A stretch of 64,000 bases of DNA. Source: Microcoleus sp. (GTDB lineage: Bacteria > Cyanobacteriota > Cyanobacteriia > Cyanobacteriales > Microcoleaceae). Positions within the stretch are counted from its first letter, which is position 1. Each line of letters begins with the position of its first letter. The stretch is taken from positions 1 to 64,000 of the forward strand of contig JAYFMW010000006.1 in NCBI GenBank assembly GCA_042408215.1, written 5' to 3'. Under the pieces are notes generated by a model. That model had not been told where the DNA came from, did not search any database, and saw only the letters and a program-made list of their open reading frames with translations. This document shows positions 59,255-64,000 of this stretch, piece by piece. Position numbers and translations under genes: made by a program.

Positions 59255-59833
59255 ATTGGTGTCAACTTAACCTCAAACCCAGTCAGAGAATGCTGTTTGA
59301 CTATTAAGGCCAGATCCCCCCTAGCCCCCCTTAAGAAGGGGGGGACAGGAGTATTCTTAAAGTCCCCCTTCTTAAAGAGCCCATTGGTGTCAACTTAACC
59401 TCAAACCCAGTCAGAGAATGCTGTTTGACTATTAAGGCCAGATCCCCCCTAGCCCCCCTTAAGAAGGGGGGGACAGGAGTATTCTTTAAGTCCCCCTTCT
59501 TAAAGAGCCCATTGGTGTCAACTTAACCTCAAACCCAGTCAGAGAATGCTGTTTGACTATTAAGGCCAGATCCCCCCTAGCCCCCCTTAAGAAGGGGGGG
59601 ACAGGAGTATTCTTAAAGTCCCCCTTCTTAAAGAGCCCATTGGTGTCAACTTAACCTCAAACCCAGTCAGAGAATGCTGTTTGACTATTAAGGCCAGATC
59701 CCCCCTAGCCCCCCTTAAGAAGGGGGGGACAGGAGTATTCTTTAAGTCCCCCTTCTTAAGGGGGATTTAGGGGGATCTAGACTCAGCTAAAAACGAGATT
59801 TCTCAAGGCTTTCAGTCTTAAGTTGTCACCAAT
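59255..59833. mobile_element. ATTGGTGTCAACTTAA-family MITE with 4 x 128-bp tandem amplification
   Basis: Units at 59248, 59376, 59504 and 59632; right TIR TTAAGTTGTCACCAAT. Confidence 0.8.
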
Positions 59834-59871
59834 AGCCATTGCCGTGTCCCTACTGTGTCGAAGCCATCAAA

Positions 59872-60498
59872 TTATTGCACGCCAATAAACTTGTGAGTTT
59901 GCAAAGACAACCGGTAACTAGGATTTTGTTTCAGGAATTCCAATATAATCGGAATTCCTGACTCTTTCGAGTTCCATTCCGGCTGCAAAAACACAGGAAT
60001 ATTAACATTATTTGCCAAATATTTGTGGTAAAATTCTACTTCTTCGCCAGTGCTAACCACCAATTTAATTTCATTGGCTCTAGTCCAAAAAAGCTCTTGT
60101 ACCGGATATTTAGGATTGACGTGTTCTTTAGGAGAAAGAGTAATCCAAGCCAGCGGCGAAACATCCAGCCAGTAAGCACCGGAAGTTTCAATGCTAACCT
60201 GCTTATCGGCTTCTAACAAAGCTTGTACTAACTCAGGTAAATCCCGGTGAATGAAAGGTTCGCCGCCAGTAATCACAACTCTCGGAGACTGCAATTCGGC
60301 TAGCAGTTCAGAGATCGATCGCGCCACTGATGGTAAATCTTTTCCCCCATTTTCGTAACCAGTGTCGCACCAAGGACACCGCACAGGACAGCCAGCCAAT
60401 CTGATAAAATCAACTAAAGTCCCCGTCCAGTAGCCCTCGCCTTGAACGGTAGATTGAAACGTTTCGTGAATTGGCAATTTTACCTGTAAATTAGACAC
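59872..60498 (-). CDS. queE: 7-carboxy-7-deazaguanine synthase (radical SAM)
   Basis: STVQGEG, FIRLAGCPVRCPWCDT, TGGEP, IETSG, LSPK, LSLQTHK. Confidence 0.93.
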   Translation of the reverse strand: MSNLQVKLPIHETFQSTVQGEGYWTGTLVDFIRLAGCPVRCPWCDTGYENGGKDLPSVARSISELLAELQSPRVVITGGEPFIHRDLPELVQALLEADKQVSIETSGAYWLDVSPLAWITLSPKEHVNPKYPVQELFWTRANEIKLVVSTGEEVEFYHKYLANNVNIPVFLQPEWNSKESGIPIILEFLKQNPSYRLSLQTHKFIGVQ

Positions 60499-60658
60499 CT
60501 GAATTTCCGCCTCAAACCAATTAATTATGTTGTTTAAATATAGTCAGTCCTGGACGCATAAATACCCAATAAACCGGGTTTTTTGCCCGGTTCAAGGGCT
60601 GCAACGCGTCTTTCGAAAAAAAACCCGGTTTCTGACCACCCGTGCGTAAATCCTATTT

Positions 60659-61354
60659 TTAATTCTGTTCAGGTTCCATCATAGTAGCCCAGCGCCGTTT
60701 CAATGCCAAAGTCAGTCCGTCAGCAATCGGGACAACACTGAGAGTAACTCTGGGATCGTTACGCAATTTGTCGTTGAAAGTACGAAGGGCTAGGGTACTT
60801 TGGTCTTGTACTTGAGGATCGGCAACTCGTCCAGACCACAGAACGTTGTCAATTACAATTAAACCGCCATTCCGCACCAGTTGGAGCGATCGCTCAAAAT
60901 AAACCTCATAATTTTCTTTATCGGCGTCAATGAAAGCAAAATCAAAGGTTCCTGCTTGTCCTTCGGCGATTAACTTGTCGAGAGTATTAATTGCTGGCCT
61001 CAAGTACAAAGCAATCTTGTTGGCGACACCCGCAGCTTCCCAATACCTGCGCGCGATCGCAGTATATTCCTCGCTGACATCGCAAGCCACAATCTGCCCA
61101 TTTGAAGGCAGCGCTAAAGCTACGCACAGCGAGCTATACCCAGTAAAAACCCCAACTTCTAAGGTTTTTCTCGCTCCCATAAGTTGCACCAGCATCTGCA
61201 TAAACTGACCTTGTTCAGGAGCTATTTGCATCATACCCCTAGGGTGCTTAGCAGTTTCTTCTCGCAGTTGCTGGAGAATATCTGGCTCCCGCAGGGAAAT
61301 AGATAACAGATAGTTGTAAAGTTGATTTTCCAGGCAAATAGTTGAGTTCGCCAT
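60659..61354 (-). CDS. Class I SAM-dependent O-methyltransferase (caffeoyl-CoA OMT-like)
   Basis: LEVGVFTGYS, FDFAFIDADK, DNVLWSG. Confidence 0.92.
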   Translation of the reverse strand: MANSTICLENQLYNYLLSISLREPDILQQLREETAKHPRGMMQIAPEQGQFMQMLVQLMGARKTLEVGVFTGYSSLCVALALPSNGQIVACDVSEEYTAIARRYWEAAGVANKIALYLRPAINTLDKLIAEGQAGTFDFAFIDADKENYEVYFERSLQLVRNGGLIVIDNVLWSGRVADPQVQDQSTLALRTFNDKLRNDPRVTLSVVPIADGLTLALKRRWATMMEPEQN

Positions 61355-61698
61355 CGGTTTGTCCTTGCTACTGACTTTTGATTTGAGATTGTAGACGCGC
61401 AGTTAATGGAAATTGAAGACGGTATAGCTAATTTTGGCACTAATTTTGCTTTGGCTGATATCTGGTGACACCAGGGTGTCTCTGTTACAGAGACGCAACT
61501 TGCAGAACGTGCGATCGCCATACATTTCAGTGTATCTCACTCAGTCATCAGTGATGCTACTGCTCTACTGACTACTGACTACTGACTAATGACTACTGAC
61601 TCTCGTTCACTAGGTCGCTTTCCTAACTGTCACACCCTTTCCACCTAGCCCCGCAAACCCACACACAATCAAAACAACATTCCCCAAGGGCGAGCGCA

Positions 61699-62469
61699 AT
61701 GTATTCCACTTTCGCAGGTTTTGGTGCCAGCACAGGCATATTTTTACTATTAGTTTTTGCCATTCTGCAATGGCTGCACATCCCTGCCGGCAGCTTCATA
61801 GATTGGGTAATTGCCATTGCTATTTTTGAATGGCTATTATTGATAGTTACGGTTCCCTGGAACATTCATTTTGAAGCTAAAGAAGTTTTAGCCCAAGCCG
61901 CAGAATCAACAGAAAAAGGCATTGTAGTTGACGATAAACAAGTCAAATATGTTACTTACTTAGCTAGTCGATCGCTCTTGGTGGCGATCGGGCTGCACCT
62001 CTTGAGTGCGATCGCACTTTACGCCCTAGCAGCCACCGGAATTAGTGCTGTTGGTTATCTCAGTTCCGGTGCAGCACTGCTGTTAACCATACTGCGTCCA
62101 GCGATTAGAGGTTATCAGTATTTAGCGGCGCGCCTGACAATGATTCGCAGTCAATTTTTGTATCCCCGCGAAGATATTGTCGAACTCCGCAACCGCTTTG
62201 CTAACGTGGAATCTACCGTTAAAAATTTAGAAGCTACATTCAATTCTAACGATCCAAATTCTTGGGTAGCTGTACAAGAGCGACAGCAGGAAGCTACTAG
62301 AAGAGAATTAACTCGACTAGCAGCATCTCTGGAAAATTTGCGATCGACAAATCAGGCAGAACACACTAAACTCGAAAGAGATGCAGAAAGTGCGATCGCC
62401 CAACTCACCGATGACGGACGCTTCCTCAATCATGTCCGGGAAATCCTCAGATTCTTTAAAGAAGCGTGA
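61699..62469 (+). CDS. Hypothetical membrane protein with C-terminal coiled coil
   Basis: 256-aa ORF with about four hydrophobic segments. Confidence 0.75.
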   Translation: MYSTFAGFGASTGIFLLLVFAILQWLHIPAGSFIDWVIAIAIFEWLLLIVTVPWNIHFEAKEVLAQAAESTEKGIVVDDKQVKYVTYLASRSLLVAIGLHLLSAIALYALAATGISAVGYLSSGAALLLTILRPAIRGYQYLAARLTMIRSQFLYPREDIVELRNRFANVESTVKNLEATFNSNDPNSWVAVQERQQEATRRELTRLAASLENLRSTNQAEHTKLERDAESAIAQLTDDGRFLNHVREILRFFKEA

Positions 62470-62818
62470 AGTCTGTTGACGGTTGACGGTTGACGGTTGA
62501 CGGTTGACGGTTTACTGTTGACGGTTGACGGTTGACGGTTGACGGTTGACGGTTGACGGTTTACTGTTGAGTTTCGTCATTCCCAATTACCAATTCCCCA
62601 TTCCCTACCTAAAGATAGATGTCAAAAGTCACCGCCCGTGAAAATTTCATTAAAATCATAATTTCATCTGTCTTGAGGCATACTAATTAAATGTATTTCA
62701 CATCAGATCAATAATTAGCAAACTATAACCAAAGATAGTTGGTAAATGAGTTAGCTTAAGTCTAATATTTAAACATAAGTCAAAGACATTTTGTGAAAGA
62801 ATAAATCAGGAGTAAATC

Positions 62819-63235
62819 ATGAGTATTAGCAAAGCAACACCAGCCGACGAAAAAATCGAAGCTAATATGGAAGCTCCCCACTACGACAGGGGTATCACTC
62901 CTGCCGAAACAGCAGCGCGACAAGAGCGTGAAGGCTCTAACTTCATGCACACAACCACAGAAAAACATCAGCAAGATGCAAAAACAGACGACCAAACCGA
63001 TGACGAAAGCATTCACACCACAGAGGGCTATACAGTAGATCAAGAAGGTCTCGTCAACAATTATGCGATCGAACCGGAAATGTACATCAACGAACCGGGT
63101 GACTTGAGAGAAAAACAGGAAGCCGAAGCCCTAGAACGCGGTCGATTTCTGGTAGAACTCAAAGCTCAAAGAGGTGAGGAAGGAGAACTGACAATGGAAG
63201 GAGACACCCGGGGAAAAGGCCCAGGAATGATCTAA
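62819..63235 (+). CDS. Hypothetical acidic protein
   Basis: AGGAG RBS; GYTVDQEGLVNNYAIEPEMY motif. Confidence 0.75.
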   Translation: MSISKATPADEKIEANMEAPHYDRGITPAETAARQEREGSNFMHTTTEKHQQDAKTDDQTDDESIHTTEGYTVDQEGLVNNYAIEPEMYINEPGDLREKQEAEALERGRFLVELKAQRGEEGELTMEGDTRGKGPGMI

Positions 63236-63319
63236 ATTGTCTAGTTTGGAGTTGCGCCCAAGCGCTATGTGAGTTTTGAATTTAACCTTAAATTCAAAAC
63301 TCGCTCGCTCGCGCACTCA

Positions 63320-63676
63320 ACAATTTTATAGCAGCCCCGCAGCATTTCGGCATCAGCTTTCCGCTGGTTGTTGGCCGCCATATAAGAAACCCTTGCACCG
63401 CCACCGGACGACGGGTTAGAAGCTGCGCTAGCTTGAATTTCCTTTCGCTACATCGCCCATGCGATCACGCTTGTTGATCCCATCAATGGTTTGGACTTGA
63501 CTGAGATCATCCGGGACAGCCAGGACTTCCAGGGCGCGCGATCGCAATTAGCCCACCACCAAGTCGCGAATTTGGATCATTTCCCTAGCTTTGATAGTGT
63601 CGCCGGCTACTTTTCCCCAGTAGATCGTACCGTTTTCAGAGTTGCCGTAACCGGCTGATAGAAAAATTCGCGCCAT
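63320..63676 (-). pseudogene. Degraded N-acetylmuramoyl-L-alanine amidase (TftA-like) N-terminal fragment
   Basis: MARIFLSAGYG...EMIQIRDLVVG*LRSRALEVLAVPDDLS...GDVAKEI; internal TAA and loss of catalytic His. Confidence 0.65.
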
Positions 63677-63798
63677 ATTGTCTTTCAACTTCAGCTTTTA
63701 GAGTTTTGATTTTATTAGGACTTACGCACTGTCTCGCGCTTTAGAACCCCGACTTCTTAAAGAAGTCAGGGATCTGGTATTCTGTTTTTTACAGTATC

Positions 63799-64000
63799 TC
63801 AAGCCCTAACATTTTGCATCAGCCAATTAAACTTAGCCTGAGCTAGCGCCAAATTCTCCATCACACTCGGATTGATATCCTCCCGTACTAATTCTGGTTC
63901 TTCCAATTCTATATTACGACCGTATTCTATATGTCTGACCGTACCGCGCATTCTATCTGCCAGACACAGAGAAATTCCATAATAAAACCGGGAAGCAAAG
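63799..64000 (-). CDS. 3' end of a probable cyclic nucleotide-binding domain protein (runs off window)
   Basis: FASRFYYGISLCLADRMRGTV...LAQAKFNWLMQNVRA*. Confidence 0.55.
   Translation of the reverse strand, partial: FASRFYYGISLCLADRMRGTVRHIEYGRNIELEEPELVREDINPSVMENLALAQAKFNWLMQNVRA

Noticed and set aside
45976..60498. folE and queE as part of the Dpd island
   Set aside because: They are 28-42 kb away in other contexts and are adequately explained by folate/queuosine metabolism and the zinc cluster.

Overview
Chromosomal window from a filamentous cyanobacterium (abundant HIP1 GCGATCGC, heptamer STRR tracts, REP-like palindromes; Microcoleus/Oscillatoriales-like by inference). Backbone genes: two GT2 glycosyltransferases and an FAD oxidoreductase, a livKHMGF/Nat amino-acid ABC operon split by insertions in every intergenic gap, a large CBS-PAS-GAF hybrid histidine kinase, an RTX/HAF secreted protein, a ~15-kb zinc-starvation cluster with five Zur-like boxes (znuABC-like, Zn-independent hemB, hisI, folE, two COG0523-type GTPases, two metallophosphoesterases), hliP, a DXCF-type GAF protein, uvrA, queE and an O-methyltransferase. 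Accessory content: six tnpB loci of at least three lineages; an unannotated IscB-type omegaRNA (HEARO) followed by a 7-codon iscB stub; a decayed Dpd (7-deazaguanine DNA modification/restriction) island lying between the two halves of a REP doublet; an intact DUF262+HEPN candidate antiphage pair; and many pseudogenes whose lesions can be reconstructed to the base. All family assignments come from motif recognition by eye, not from database searches.
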